Part shown: positions 1 to 10,213 of the stretch, in pieces | Position numbering within the stretch: position 1 is the first letter of the stretch | Layout of the letters: every line of letters starts with the position of its first letter | From: a virus | Reading direction: 5' to 3' (one strand) | Length of the DNA: 64,000 nucleotides | Virus record (IMG/VR): IMGVR_UViG_3300009008_000022 | Coordinates: 17,459 to 81,458 of that record | The notes under the pieces: model-generated | Database searches by the model: none | What the model was told of the DNA's origin: nothing | What the model saw: the letters and a program-made list of their open reading frames with translations, nothing else | Program-made: the position numbers and the translations under genes

Positions 1-2
1 GA

Positions 3-1331
3 CGGGACCGGAGCGAGGCGCGGCTAACCTACCGCCTCAACATCGAGCTGGAGATCGTAGGCGCGGCCGAGAAGGCTAAATTCCTGGCTCCAGGGAAAAC
101 CGCGCTGCAAAAAATCAAGGACATGATCGCGGACGGCCGCAAGTACGCCAACATGCTGTCCGCCCAGGTGGACGAGCTAACCGCGGTGGCGGGGGAGCTG
201 AAAGGCGAGATTGCCAAGATCAGCGGCATCATCGACAGCGCGGGTCAACTGGTGAGCGCGTGCAACGATTTTATTACTGGCGTCAAGTCGTTTGTCGATA
301 TTCCGGCCGGCACCGTGAGCAGCCTGACCGATCTCGTTGACGAGGCCGGCGCCCTGGCGGCCAACGTGACAGATTGGGATGCTCAGTATGAGGCGTTTCA
401 ATCCATGGGGGATCAGATCGACGGGCTCAGCGCGACGTTTGAAGGCCACTTTGACGAGGGGCTAGACGCCAAGACGGCCGCGGTGGACAACGTAGCCACC
501 CGCAGCCAGGGGCTTAATCAGTCCTCGTGGAAGAAAGCCAAGGCAGCCAAGGATGCAGCCGCGAGCAGCGGCGGCGCCATGAGCAGCGCGAGCGCCTACG
601 GCAGCGAGTTTAAGCCGTCCGACTATGACAAGCTGAAAGCCGAAACCGGCGCCGGCAGTAGCGCCGGGTACAACGCTTTCGCAGAGCACACCGTGAAGCA
701 GGGCGATACGCTGCAATCAATCGCAGCTCAGCACATGGGCTCGCCGTCGAGCTGGATCGACGTGGCCCTGGCGAACGGGCTCAGACCGCCCTACGTCACG
801 CAGGGCGCCAGGGTGCCCAACGCCGTGCGGCCTGGGGATCCGATTCTAATCCCGATCCATAACCCGGCCGCCGCAGCGGACGTGAGCAGCACCGGCAACC
901 CCGCCCAGGGCGCGAGCCAGATCGAGGATCAGCTCGGCGTTGACTTACTGCTGGTCCGCCTGGACACCGGAAAATACGGGTGGGCCGTGGACAGCCAGCA
1001 CGGATCCGAGAGCATTCGGCGCGTGAGAGGTGCAAAGAATCTCAGTCAAGCTCTGGCGAAGCGGGTGCGTACTGAACAGGGCACAAACGTGTCGTTTCCA
1101 GAGGTGGGGCTACCTCGACTGATCGGTGAGAGCATCTTTGGCGGCGCGGACAGCGGCAGCGCCTACGCCATGGCGAGCTACGAGCTGCACCGGCAAATTG
1201 AGGCAGAGGACCGGATTCAGCGCGTAGCAAACATGACCTTTACAGTGGACAAGGACGCACTCACGGCCGTGATTTATGCTGTGCCCGTGGGGTATGATAC
1301 CTCCAGAGCAATAAACGTCACGCTAACCTAA
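3..1331 (+). CDS. Baseplate/tail protein with LysM domain and C-terminal gp25/GPW-like wedge domain (5'-partial)
   Basis: Frame is open from the window start. LysM motif HTVKQGDTLQSIAAQHMG..WIDVALANGL. C-terminal 'NLSQALAKRVRTEQG...EDRIQRV' resembles gp25-like proteins. Lies directly upstream of baseplate J. Confidence 0.75.
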   Translation, partial: RDRSEARLTYRLNIELEIVGAAEKAKFLAPGKTALQKIKDMIADGRKYANMLSAQVDELTAVAGELKGEIAKISGIIDSAGQLVSACNDFITGVKSFVDIPAGTVSSLTDLVDEAGALAANVTDWDAQYEAFQSMGDQIDGLSATFEGHFDEGLDAKTAAVDNVATRSQGLNQSSWKKAKAAKDAAASSGGAMSSASAYGSEFKPSDYDKLKAETGAGSSAGYNAFAEHTVKQGDTLQSIAAQHMGSPSSWIDVALANGLRPPYVTQGARVPNAVRPGDPILIPIHNPAAAADVSSTGNPAQGASQIEDQLGVDLLLVRLDTGKYGWAVDSQHGSESIRRVRGAKNLSQALAKRVRTEQGTNVSFPEVGLPRLIGESIFGGADSGSAYAMASYELHRQIEAEDRIQRVANMTFTVDKDALTAVIYAVPVGYDTSRAINVTLT

Positions 1332-1341
1332 CGGGTGATTC

Positions 1342-2733
1342 ATGCCGTTTTCAATTCAGCGCATGGCAGAGATTTACGACGGGATGCGCAACCGCGTGGT
1401 GGCGCGCAGCACGTTGACAGACCTAACCCCCACCAGCGACGTGGCGATAATGCTTGCGGCCGTCGCGCGAGGCATCGAGAAGGCTTACCTGGAGATGGTG
1501 CGCCTGCTGGATAGCGTGGATATGTCCAAGGCCCGCGGCCAGGATCTTGACGAGTGGGGCAAGAGAATGAATCCCACGTCAATCAGTCGCCAGAGCCCGC
1601 AGACCGCCACGTCTACCGTTGTGTTTGGGCGCACCGGCACCACCGGCACAGTGACCATTCCCATCGGCACCACGGTGCAAGCTCCGGCGGCCGGTAAGAA
1701 CGGCGAGGATCTTGTTTTCGCCTCCACCGCGGCCGGCAGCATTGCGAACGGCAGCTCCACAAGCGCCGCGGTAGCCGTCAAGGCAGCGGCGGCCGGCGCG
1801 GAATACAATGTCTCGGCTGGCGCGATCAGCACCTTCCAAAACAAACCGTCCGGTGTGGAGACAGTGACCAACGCCAGCGCAGTAACCAACGGCAGCGACG
1901 AGGAGAAAGACGACGCCTACCGGCGGCGAATGCTGGCCCGAATGCTGAGCTTGCCCCGATCCACCATGACGGCAATCAAGGGCGCGCTGTTGGGCGTGAC
2001 CGATGGTGCCACCGCCAAAACGATCCGCCAGGTAACGGCAATCGAGGACAAATACAACCCTGGCAACGTCGAGATTTACATTGACGACGGCAACGGCACC
2101 GCCGAGTCAACGGCCACTGTCACCAGCCAGGGAGTGCTCACCGCGGTAGGTGGAGAGGTTGACTTTCCCCTGCCCCACAAGCCGATCAAGCCTGGCACGA
2201 CGTTCAACCTGTACCGGGATTGGGGCGCCGGCCCCAGCCTCATGGCGACGACGGAATACACGTTGCACTTGCCCAGCGGCAAGGTGCTGCTGGACTCGAC
2301 GCTCTACCCAAGCGGGTTGACCGCAAGCCACGTCATCACCGCGGATTACACCTACTACACCGGCCTGGTGGCGCTGGCTCAAAAGGTGGTGGACGGTGAT
2401 CCGCTTGATCGTGCCAACTATCCCGGCTATCGCGCGGCCGGCATTAGCGCCCAGGTGAAGGTGCCTCAGATTCAATCCCAGACGGTAATGATCCTGCTTA
2501 CCGTCAAGGTCGGGTTTGACCAGGCGACCGCCATAGCCGCGGTGAGCACCGCGGTGCAAGCCTACATTAACGGCCTGGGCATCGGTGACGACGTGATCCA
2601 CTCCGAGATCGTGGAGCGCAGCATGGCGGTGTCGGGCGTGTACGACGCCAAGGTTTTTCTGCCATCGGCAAACGTCGTCATTTCGAGCGAGCAGCTTGCG
2701 CGGGTGGCAGCCAGCCAGGTGACGGTGATCTAG
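1342..2733 (+). CDS. Baseplate J-like (gp47/JayE) wedge protein
   Basis: ARGQDLDEWG, TVTIPIGTTV, VTNASAVTNGSDEEKDDAYRRR and C-terminal YINGLGIGDDV...VSGVYD are typical baseplate J motifs. Confidence 0.9.
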   Translation: MPFSIQRMAEIYDGMRNRVVARSTLTDLTPTSDVAIMLAAVARGIEKAYLEMVRLLDSVDMSKARGQDLDEWGKRMNPTSISRQSPQTATSTVVFGRTGTTGTVTIPIGTTVQAPAAGKNGEDLVFASTAAGSIANGSSTSAAVAVKAAAAGAEYNVSAGAISTFQNKPSGVETVTNASAVTNGSDEEKDDAYRRRMLARMLSLPRSTMTAIKGALLGVTDGATAKTIRQVTAIEDKYNPGNVEIYIDDGNGTAESTATVTSQGVLTAVGGEVDFPLPHKPIKPGTTFNLYRDWGAGPSLMATTEYTLHLPSGKVLLDSTLYPSGLTASHVITADYTYYTGLVALAQKVVDGDPLDRANYPGYRAAGISAQVKVPQIQSQTVMILLTVKVGFDQATAIAAVSTAVQAYINGLGIGDDVIHSEIVERSMAVSGVYDAKVFLPSANVVISSEQLARVAASQVTVI

Positions 2734-3137
2734 TGACCATCACGATCAACTCTGTAACGCCGGACGTTCTGCCCATGCACGGCGGAATGCAGCTTGAGAT
2801 TCAAACGCCGCCCGCCGGCCTGGCGGCTGGCGTGGATTACGCGATCCACATCGGCCCCACCGGCACCACCGCGGACCTGGCTTGCTACTCCGGCGTTCCC
2901 GGCCAGGGCGCGGTGTGTCGCAGCTCGGACGGGGAGACAATCCTTTGCATTGCGCCCCCCATGGCCCGCGGCGCGCTTGTTCTGTCGATCCACGGCAACG
3001 GTGACAGCGGCACCTCCGCGGTGACAGCTCACGAGGAAAGCCACCTTGATACCGTGTGGGATATGCGCCAGCACTATCCGCCCTGGTACGACACCGGGCC
3101 GCGGAGGCTGGACGTTGAGCCCAGGCAGGACGGCTAA
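2733..3137 (+). CDS. Small Ig-like (IPT/TIG-like) virion protein
   Basis: N-terminus ITINSVTPDVLPMHGGMQLEI resembles an IPT/TIG start; translationally coupled to baseplate J. Confidence 0.5.
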   Translation: MTITINSVTPDVLPMHGGMQLEIQTPPAGLAAGVDYAIHIGPTGTTADLACYSGVPGQGAVCRSSDGETILCIAPPMARGALVLSIHGNGDSGTSAVTAHEESHLDTVWDMRQHYPPWYDTGPRRLDVEPRQDG

Positions 3138-3140
3138 CCC

Positions 3141-5114
3141 ATGGTGGCAACACTCCGCAACCCGTTTCGGGCAGCTCTGAAGGCCGTAGGCGAGGCGCTA
3201 GGCGACCTGGCAGGAAAGCCCGTCACCCGATTAAAAGCTCCCCACGCCGTTGGAGCGACGACGCTGGACGTTGAATCGGTGTACCGGTTCAACACGGCCG
3301 GATCTCTGTGGGTTGGGGACGAGCCACGCGCGACGGCTTACACCGGCGTGGTCGCTACGGCCAACGGGCAGCAGTTCACCGGGTGCACGCCGCTGACCAG
3401 GGCGCACCGCGAGGACACTGAGGTGGCGGACGCCAATCGGGCGTTTAGCGCCCTGGATCGGTGCTGGCGGGCTCTGCATGTTGCCTACGCGCTAGGGCGC
3501 GACCTGGATCGGGTGGGCGGCAACCAGGGGATTCATCGGCCGCGCGGCGTGGGGGATACGATCTACCGTGCCATGATCGAGGTTTTGTCTTACCTGCCCA
3601 GGGCGCCGGTGTATTCGCTAGAGGTGTTTCTGGCCGCTGTTTACCCTGGCGGCGGCTGGACGATCTTTGAAGATCTGCAAAACAGCCCGTCCGAAGTGTT
3701 CATTACCGCCCCTGGCTACCTGGGCACCGCCGGACAGGGGCGGTCCTACATGGGGCACCGCGAAGCCGTTACCAGCTCCACCACTACCTCGATCACGCTG
3801 GCCGATGATCCCGCCCTGGTGCGGTCGGTCAAGCTGGTTCCGGTGCAGCACGCGCTGGCAATGGACGATCTGCCCAGCGCCGAAGGCTGGACGTTTGACG
3901 CGGACACCACCGGCCTTGAAGCAACCTATTTCAATATCGCCACCGGCAAGCTCCACCATGCCCAGACGGCCGGTGACGCGCACGGCGGGCGCTACCTCGT
4001 GCAGCCTGCCCCTTCCAGCTCCCCAGGAAAGTTTCGGTTTGAGGTTTACTGGATGGTGGACACCATTTCCACGGCCAACGGCTACCCGTGGAAGTTGATC
4101 TTTGAGGACGGCGAGCGCGAAATGGGGCTTATCTGGAATGCTACGCACGTCGCCCTGGGCCAGAGCAACGACACCGCCCTGGGCACGCCGGTAGCCTGGA
4201 CTCCGGGGTCAACCATCTGGCATCACATGGTGCTAGAGCGCGAAGGAAACGAGGTGCGCGGGTGGGTTGACGGCCAGCTCATAGCGCAGTACGCGCCAGC
4301 CAGCTTTAACGCCAGCTCTAACCGCATGGCTCAGTTTGGCTACTGGAACAACGGCGGCAATCAGAATTGGTCTGTGCTCTGGGATAACCTGACCCTGTAC
4401 GTCACTGAGGACACCGAGTATTGGAACCTGAAAGGCGAGCAGGGGCAGACCAGCTCTGGCTCTGACAACTTCACCGACTCGACTGCCAACCCGTTCGTTG
4501 CCGGTGACGCAAACAAGCTCATCCGGGTGGTGGACGAAAACACCGCCGGCTCGAAAGTCAACGGCCTGTGGAAAATCCTAGCTCACGTCAACCCCAGCAC
4601 CGTGCAGCTCGGCGGGATAACGCGGATCAACGGATACACGTCGGTACTCAACCCCACGAGCTTTTACTCCAGCGACCCCGTGTTTACGCCGTTCGACGTG
4701 ACCAAGATCATCACGGTGGCGACTGGCCCCAACGCTGGCCCGCATACCATCACGGCCTGGGTTAGCGAGCACGAGGTGGTTTGCGCTGGCAGCTCGTTTG
4801 TCACCGACACCGACACGTCATGGTCCTTTGACCCTGCATTCGCCACGCAAGGCGCGCTGAATTGGGAGCTGATAGCGGCCGGTGACGAGGCCGGCGGCGT
4901 GCTTACGCTGCGCGAGGGGCTGCCAGAGGCAAACTCCGCGGTGGTGGTGGATTACGCCGTGGTTAAATCAGCAGAGCTAATGAAGGATGAAAACATCGTC
5001 GCTCACACGGATCAGCGCCCACTGGCCCTGTGGGGTGTGGATCAGTGGATACAGGATCTTGCCGCTGACATTACCGCGGCCGGCGTGATAGCGACCTGGA
5101 AGCGGCGCTACTAG
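3141..5114 (+). CDS. Baseplate wedge/tail protein with internal ConA/LamG-like lectin domain
   Basis: N-terminal 'GRDLDRVGGNQGIHRPRGVGDTIYRAMI' (tail I-like); WHHMVLEREGNEVRGWVDG LamG-like strand motif; C-terminal ITAAGV. Confidence 0.65.
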   Translation: MVATLRNPFRAALKAVGEALGDLAGKPVTRLKAPHAVGATTLDVESVYRFNTAGSLWVGDEPRATAYTGVVATANGQQFTGCTPLTRAHREDTEVADANRAFSALDRCWRALHVAYALGRDLDRVGGNQGIHRPRGVGDTIYRAMIEVLSYLPRAPVYSLEVFLAAVYPGGGWTIFEDLQNSPSEVFITAPGYLGTAGQGRSYMGHREAVTSSTTTSITLADDPALVRSVKLVPVQHALAMDDLPSAEGWTFDADTTGLEATYFNIATGKLHHAQTAGDAHGGRYLVQPAPSSSPGKFRFEVYWMVDTISTANGYPWKLIFEDGEREMGLIWNATHVALGQSNDTALGTPVAWTPGSTIWHHMVLEREGNEVRGWVDGQLIAQYAPASFNASSNRMAQFGYWNNGGNQNWSVLWDNLTLYVTEDTEYWNLKGEQGQTSSGSDNFTDSTANPFVAGDANKLIRVVDENTAGSKVNGLWKILAHVNPSTVQLGGITRINGYTSVLNPTSFYSSDPVFTPFDVTKIITVATGPNAGPHTITAWVSEHEVVCAGSSFVTDTDTSWSFDPAFATQGALNWELIAAGDEAGGVLTLREGLPEANSAVVVDYAVVKSAELMKDENIVAHTDQRPLALWGVDQWIQDLAADITAAGVIATWKRRY

Positions 5115-5123
5115 GAGCAGGCA

Positions 5124-6812
5124 ATGAAGCTGGTTAAATGGACCCCGAACGAGCGCGTTGATCTGCCGGATCAAGAGGCCGGCATGGGCGGCCTGGCGCT
5201 GAAAGATCTGTTGCGCGTTAGCCGGCTGCGCATTCTGCCGGTGGGCCGCAACGGCGGCCAGGCCGGCACCGAAGCGCGGATCTTTGATGGATTCGATCTT
5301 TACGGCGCCGCGGGCGCGCTGGTTTACCTTCGCCGCGGCTCAGGGATCTTCCCGATCACGGTGGAGGGCGCGGTGCAGCTCGGCCTGGTCATGGGCGAGG
5401 TGGGCGACAGCTTCAAGACGATTGACTGCTCCGGCTTCAGCGACGGTGATCATGCCGTGTATGTCCGCGGTCGGTTTGTGGCGAGCACGCGCGAAAATCG
5501 CGTGCTGGTAGACGCCAGCGGTAACGAGTATGTGAGCCACGTTGACACGCGGTCTGAACTGACATGGGAGTACGTTGCGCAGGAGTGGGCCGCAGCTTCG
5601 CCTGGCGCGGAGTACGTCAAGGTTGGAAAGATCACAACCACGTCGGGCGCCGTGACAGCGACAGAGGATTATCGGCACTTCTTTTTCGAGGGCGACGGGG
5701 CAGCCGGAGCTGGACAGTGGGCCGCGGAATGGGGCGGCGGCGCCAATGACCGCAACGCAGACCGCGCCGCCTACGGGATCAAGGACTTGCACAAGTTCGT
5801 GCAGTTCACCCGCACGCAGTTTCAAAGCATCCTGGGCTCCGGCAAGAAGTATTGGGAGATCCCCGACCCCGATCTGACCGACTTAGCCGCAGAGCACAAT
5901 ACCAACGGCACGCACGGCAACGTCAACGCCGATCAGGTGGACATCGGCACGCCTGGCACGCATGAGTACCGGATCATGGCCGGCAGCGACGGCAGCGAGC
6001 GGTGGACGTTCTTTCGCTGCCTGGACGCTGCCAACCAGGGCGACATGGTGCTCACGCATGACAAGAGCGAAGTTTATGCTCGCGTAAGCATTCACCCCAA
6101 AGGGAACGGCAGCTCGCTTTCCAATGGCGATAACGGCGAGTTTTACGTCGGAGAGGACGGAGTAGGCGGCCCGCGCTACGGCTTCCGCGCTACGAAGGTG
6201 GGCGCCACGCAGACAGCTTACGCCCTGGGCAACCTGGCCGGATCTCCGGCCGTGCTGATTAACGAGGGTACCGGCTACGGCGCGTCAGCTCGCGGGATGG
6301 TGCTGCAAGAGGGCAGTTACCATCTGCCCGCGAAAACCAAGATGATCAGCTCGCCCACCATTGACTACTTGCCCAGCACAACCAACTGGACAAAGGGACT
6401 CAGGACACCGGGCGTACCGTCGATTTACATGGGCAGCCATGGCAACGGCACCGAAGTAGCCTATCTCCAGTCAAAGGAATTTCCATCGGATTGCACGTTG
6501 AACTATGTGCTGGTCAACCTGGCAATCAGTGGCGCGACCCCCACCACGCCGCTGACCGTCGCGGTTTACCGCTGTCGCAAGGGCGCCGGTGCGACAATCT
6601 CCCGCACGCTGCTACAGTCAGCTACCTACGCCCTGTCAACCACCGCAGGGGATACTCTCATGATCCTGACCACGGGGAGCAGTATGCTTGCCGAGACAGA
6701 CTGGATCGTGCTGGAGATAACTCCGGCCGATGCGGCATCAAGTGTCACCACGCACGTTGACACCGTGATCGATCTGAATTGCACCTTTAACGAGGCAAGC
6801 AAGTACGCATAA
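5124..6812 (+). CDS. Tail fibre / receptor-binding protein
   Basis: Follows the baseplate genes; 562 aa, Gly/Thr-rich and beta-rich. Confidence 0.6.
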   Translation: MKLVKWTPNERVDLPDQEAGMGGLALKDLLRVSRLRILPVGRNGGQAGTEARIFDGFDLYGAAGALVYLRRGSGIFPITVEGAVQLGLVMGEVGDSFKTIDCSGFSDGDHAVYVRGRFVASTRENRVLVDASGNEYVSHVDTRSELTWEYVAQEWAAASPGAEYVKVGKITTTSGAVTATEDYRHFFFEGDGAAGAGQWAAEWGGGANDRNADRAAYGIKDLHKFVQFTRTQFQSILGSGKKYWEIPDPDLTDLAAEHNTNGTHGNVNADQVDIGTPGTHEYRIMAGSDGSERWTFFRCLDAANQGDMVLTHDKSEVYARVSIHPKGNGSSLSNGDNGEFYVGEDGVGGPRYGFRATKVGATQTAYALGNLAGSPAVLINEGTGYGASARGMVLQEGSYHLPAKTKMISSPTIDYLPSTTNWTKGLRTPGVPSIYMGSHGNGTEVAYLQSKEFPSDCTLNYVLVNLAISGATPTTPLTVAVYRCRKGAGATISRTLLQSATYALSTTAGDTLMILTTGSSMLAETDWIVLEITPADAASSVTTHVDTVIDLNCTFNEASKYA

Positions 6813-6831
6813 CCAACCGAAAGAGGGCGCC

Positions 6832-7107
6832 ATGAGTGAAGAAAACCCAACCAACAAACCCCCACCGCCAGAGCTGCGCCAGGTGACACCTGGGATGCAG
6901 GAGCTTGCCCAGGTCGAGGGCGTGCGGATCATGATGGACAGGTGCGCTCACAGTTTCGCGCTGGGCATTAACTCGCCGGTTGGTCTGGTGACGCAGGAGT
7001 TAGCCGGAGAGGCGCTGTGCCGGCTAGGGGTGGAACTGATACGACAGAGCGGATACGTCCACGACTTTACGCGCCGCGTTGATCCGCCGCCTCCATCAGA
7101 AGGATAA
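6832..7107 (+). CDS. Hypothetical protein
   Basis: ORF with an AGAGGG RBS after the tail-fibre gene. Confidence 0.5.
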   Translation: MSEENPTNKPPPPELRQVTPGMQELAQVEGVRIMMDRCAHSFALGINSPVGLVTQELAGEALCRLGVELIRQSGYVHDFTRRVDPPPPSEG

Positions 7108-7252
7108 CCGCCATGTTGGCTCGGCTCCGGTGCTCTTGATCGGCCAGAGCTTGAATCCGTACTGACAGATCCACCGGAACAGTGATCGTCAACCGCGTGG
7201 TTTGCGGTGCGGGTGGTGGTGCGGTTTTTTTGGGCTTTCTCGCTGGTTTCAT
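7067..7252 (-). CDS. Ribbon-helix-helix (Arc/CopG-like) transcription regulator
   Basis: TRLTITVPVDLSVRIQALADQEHRSRANMAVILL fits the RHH pattern; AAGGA RBS before the ATG at 7252. Confidence 0.75.
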   Translation of the reverse strand: MKPARKPKKTAPPPAPQTTRLTITVPVDLSVRIQALADQEHRSRANMAVILLMEAADQRGA

Positions 7253-7296
7253 AGCGTCGTCCTTTTTCAACAGCTTGCCGTTGCAGCGGGGCGGTG

Positions 7297-8022
7297 TCAA
7301 GTGCTGCTATCGTCGGCAAACAGCGCGCCCTGGTCACGGTGGCGCTTGACCACCACGATCCTGGCGGTGGGGCCGATCTTGTCGGCCAGCCGATGCGCCT
7401 TGTCCGGTATGTTGGCCGCGTCCGCGATTACCAGATCCACGCCGGTCGGCATGAAGGCTTCAAATATCCCGCGGGTGTAAAGCGCCTGGCCGTCTACCAG
7501 GCCGCGGTAAATCTCCCGGTGCGCCAGGTAGACCATGGTTTTTCCCACCTCAAACCCGTTGGGGATCGCGGGCAGTTTGCGCGACACGCCCATTTCGGCC
7601 GCTTCGGCTGAGAACTTCTCCGGCGTGGGGTAGTGCGAGCTGCCGATCCAGATCAGACCGTGCTTGCCCAGGGGCGGGTTGCCCACCGGACAGGTACAGC
7701 ATTCCGGCCGGTGTGCCTCGGGCGCCTCGGTGTCAATGCCGGCCTGGGCGGCGGTTGCCTCGACGCAGCGCGTGGGCGCTCCCTGGAACAGCTTGAACGG
7801 CTCAATCCACGTCCAGCTCCGGGTGGGCTTAATGCCCTGGGAGCAGCACGGGCACACGTCCAGATCCCAGGGCAGGGCGCCGCAGTCCTCCCCGTGCGAC
7901 GGGCCTACCAAGTAGATCCCAACGCCGCTTTTGTCGGGCTTGCGGTAGCCGCAGCCACGGGCCTTTTCAATGCTCGTGACAACCTGGCGAACCACCTCTT
8001 GATCGAGTGTTTCCATTCTCAT
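7297..8022 (-). CDS. Conserved-type phage hypothetical protein (Cys-containing)
   Basis: GGGAGG RBS before the ATG at 8022; RGCGYRK and CPCC motifs; ends with QGALF. Confidence 0.65.
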   Translation of the reverse strand: MRMETLDQEVVRQVVTSIEKARGCGYRKPDKSGVGIYLVGPSHGEDCGALPWDLDVCPCCSQGIKPTRSWTWIEPFKLFQGAPTRCVEATAAQAGIDTEAPEAHRPECCTCPVGNPPLGKHGLIWIGSSHYPTPEKFSAEAAEMGVSRKLPAIPNGFEVGKTMVYLAHREIYRGLVDGQALYTRGIFEAFMPTGVDLVIADAANIPDKAHRLADKIGPTARIVVVKRHRDQGALFADDSST

Positions 8023-8027
8023 CCTCC

Positions 8028-8243
8028 CTAAAATGTGGGCTTTGGGTTGCACTTGCCAGGCGGCAGCGGTACGGGCTTTCTCGCTCGCTCCCACCGCTTT
8101 GGAACGAATCCCCCTTGGCACAGCCAGCGGTCCAGGTGCTCTACCTTTTCGGCTAACTGCTCGGCGTCCGCGTCCGCGTCCGGCTCTGACAGGATCAGGT
8201 TTGCAAGCTCCAGCATTTCTTCCAGCGCGCGATCCGGGTCCAT
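8028..8243 (-). CDS. Small phage hypothetical protein (MDPD...LDRWL..GGF.P..W type)
   Basis: Coupled ORF in the leftward operon; the motif is common in phage early genes. Confidence 0.6.
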   Translation of the reverse strand: MDPDRALEEMLELANLILSEPDADADAEQLAEKVEHLDRWLCQGGFVPKRWERARKPVPLPPGKCNPKPTF

Positions 8244-8458
8244 TAGCGGCACCACTGAGCTGGCGGCGGGTCCGGCCACACCACGCTGTGCTGCATGAAC
8301 ATCACGAAGGCGAGCCTGCCCAGGCAAAAATCCTTGCCCTGGAAACAGTTGGCCGGTCCCCAATGACCCTGCCCAGGGCGAAGCCAGAGAACAGAGATCG
8401 GGCCAATGTCGAACAGGTGGCGCCAGAGGCGGAAGCTGCGAAAGATTGGTTTCAGCAT
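8243..8458 (-). CDS. Hypothetical protein
   Basis: GAGGAG RBS; coupled stop/start. Confidence 0.45.
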   Translation of the reverse strand: MLKPIFRSFRLWRHLFDIGPISVLWLRPGQGHWGPANCFQGKDFCLGRLAFVMFMQHSVVWPDPPPAQWCR

Positions 8459-9222
8459 CGTGTCTCCTCGATTAATTCGGCCAGGCGGCCGGTTGGGCTG
8501 CTTCCAAGCCAGGCGGCCAGAATCCGCCGGCCGGACTGGTAGATCTCCCACTTGGTTCCGGCGCTCATGTCCGGCCTGGCGCCGCTGATCTCCTCGATAG
8601 CGGCGGCGTACAGATCGTGAAAAGCTGGACCGTGAATCTGATCCTTGGGCACTTTGCCGCCGTTGGCTCTGAAGTGCGCCGAGTGCGCCAGCTCATGCAC
8701 GGCCAGGTTGAGGTTTTCGACCGCGCCGTCGTCGGCTGCTGTGATGCGCAGGGCAACCTCCCACCTTCCGCCGAATCCGGTGCCATGGTGCCCGTCCGGG
8801 TCACGCCAGCTTCGCCGTGTATAGCTCATCCGAAAGGCGGGCGGGTCAAACCGTCGCCGGCCGTTGTGGTGTCGGCGCCAGAAGGCGCCCTCCCAGGCGG
8901 CCAGGTGGCACAGGTGACGCGCTACAGCTTCCCACATGACAAGGGGACGCTTGCGTGCCGCGGCGGCCTCTTGCGCGGCCTGGCGCTGCTTGGCTGCGCT
9001 CTTGCGCTTGCCTTTCTGCTGAGCTGCGCGCCGCTCTGCCTTGGCTGCGCGCTGGCGCTCCAGGGCGGGGCAAGTGCGCTCTACCAGTTTTCCGGTTGCC
9101 TCGGAGCACGGCAGGCAGTACCGCCGCACGTCCAGCTTGCGCGGCCGGCTTGGAGCCAGAACGCCCGCGTTACACCGGGGGCATTTCCACCGCTTCAAGG
9201 GCTGCTTTTTTGCCTGTTTCAT
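8452..9222 (-). CDS. SprT-like zinc metalloprotease-domain protein with N-terminal Zn ribbon
   Basis: HELAH (HExxH) plus downstream HGPAF; CPRC...CLPC at the N-terminus. Confidence 0.7.
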   Translation of the reverse strand: MKQAKKQPLKRWKCPRCNAGVLAPSRPRKLDVRRYCLPCSEATGKLVERTCPALERQRAAKAERRAAQQKGKRKSAAKQRQAAQEAAAARKRPLVMWEAVARHLCHLAAWEGAFWRRHHNGRRRFDPPAFRMSYTRRSWRDPDGHHGTGFGGRWEVALRITAADDGAVENLNLAVHELAHSAHFRANGGKVPKDQIHGPAFHDLYAAAIEEISGARPDMSAGTKWEIYQSGRRILAAWLGSSPTGRLAELIEETRC

Positions 9223-9250
9223 CTGTAATTCCCCTTGGTTGTTATAACCC

Positions 9251-9279
9251 ATTATATCACAGATGTTTGCAGCAGTCAA
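9251..9279 (-). promoter_or_regulatory. sigma70-type promoter (TTGACT-17-TATAAT) with operator in spacer
   Basis: Near-consensus -35/-10 on the minus strand upstream of the SprT-like gene. Confidence 0.8.
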
Positions 9280-9299
9280 ATGCACGGTGCAGCGCCTTG

Positions 9300-9590
9300 C
9301 TACGCCCACCACGGATCGGCCGCCCAGGCTTGCCAGGCGGCCAGGCTTGCGTCGTCCATATATTTCAGGCGGTCCAGGTTCCAGCCGTGATAGGCATTCC
9401 AAACGTACAAGATGAAACGGGCCACCGCTTCGCTGCCGTGTGTTGGCTCCGGCCCGTCGAGCCACTTGAGCAGTAGCTCCACGTTCCACGGGTCCGCCCA
9501 GGGCTTGTCTCGCGCGCAGGGGAACGTCTTACACAGCTCAGTCATGCGCAGCTCTAGCGGAAAGATTGCTTTCAGTTCTGCCGGTGTCAT
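9300..9590 (-). CDS. Hypothetical protein (Trp-rich)
   Basis: GGAGG RBS; part of the leftward operon. Confidence 0.6.
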   Translation of the reverse strand: MTPAELKAIFPLELRMTELCKTFPCARDKPWADPWNVELLLKWLDGPEPTHGSEAVARFILYVWNAYHGWNLDRLKYMDDASLAAWQAWAADPWWA

Positions 9591-9599
9591 GGTGCCTCC

Positions 9600-9908
9600 C
9601 TATCCGGTGAAGTAGATCGAAGCGCAGGCCAGGGCTTCGGCGTGGCCGCCCTTCATTGCGGTGTCGCGACCATCCCACCCGTCGCGGTATTTCCAGGCGC
9701 CGTCTGGGTAGCGCAACATGGAGGGGCCGAAACCCTCGAAGTTGCAGCTCACGAACCAGATCTCTTGCCCGTCCTCGGTTTCCATGCGCGTGTAAACCGC
9801 CTCGTTAGCAAAGCTCGGATCTTCTGACCAATGCTCCGCGGCGTTCTTGAGCAGCGCCAGATGCACCTCCCGCACGTCCGCGGGCATGTTTTCAGTTGGG
9901 GCGCTCAT
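9600..9908 (-). CDS. Hypothetical protein
   Basis: GGAG RBS; coupled ORF. Confidence 0.55.
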   Translation of the reverse strand: MSAPTENMPADVREVHLALLKNAAEHWSEDPSFANEAVYTRMETEDGQEIWFVSCNFEGFGPSMLRYPDGAWKYRDGWDGRDTAMKGGHAEALACASIYFTG

Positions 9909-10213
9909 TCGTTGTCTCCAGTGGTGCCTTCCGGCACGATGATCAGTTCATCCAGCGCCCCGCACGTACACCGGCCAGCCACCTCGTTAATTCTCAGATT
10001 GCGCTTCAGGTATCGGCGGTCACTGTCAGCCCACCGCTTCTTCAGCGCCTCCCGCTCTGCTACCGCATAGTGCGCCTGTCGGATGAAGTACCAGACCGCC
10101 TCGCGAATGGTCTTGAACGGGATCAGCGCCTCTGGAGACATGACGGCCAGGACTATTTCCTCTAGTTCGGCCAGCGCCGCCTCAGCCTCAACCTGGACGG
10201 ATTCAACGCTCAT
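9905..10213 (-). CDS. Hypothetical protein
   Basis: AAGGAG RBS; coupled ORF. Confidence 0.55.
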   Translation of the reverse strand: MSVESVQVEAEAALAELEEIVLAVMSPEALIPFKTIREAVWYFIRQAHYAVAEREALKKRWADSDRRYLKRNLRINEVAGRCTCGALDELIIVPEGTTGDNE

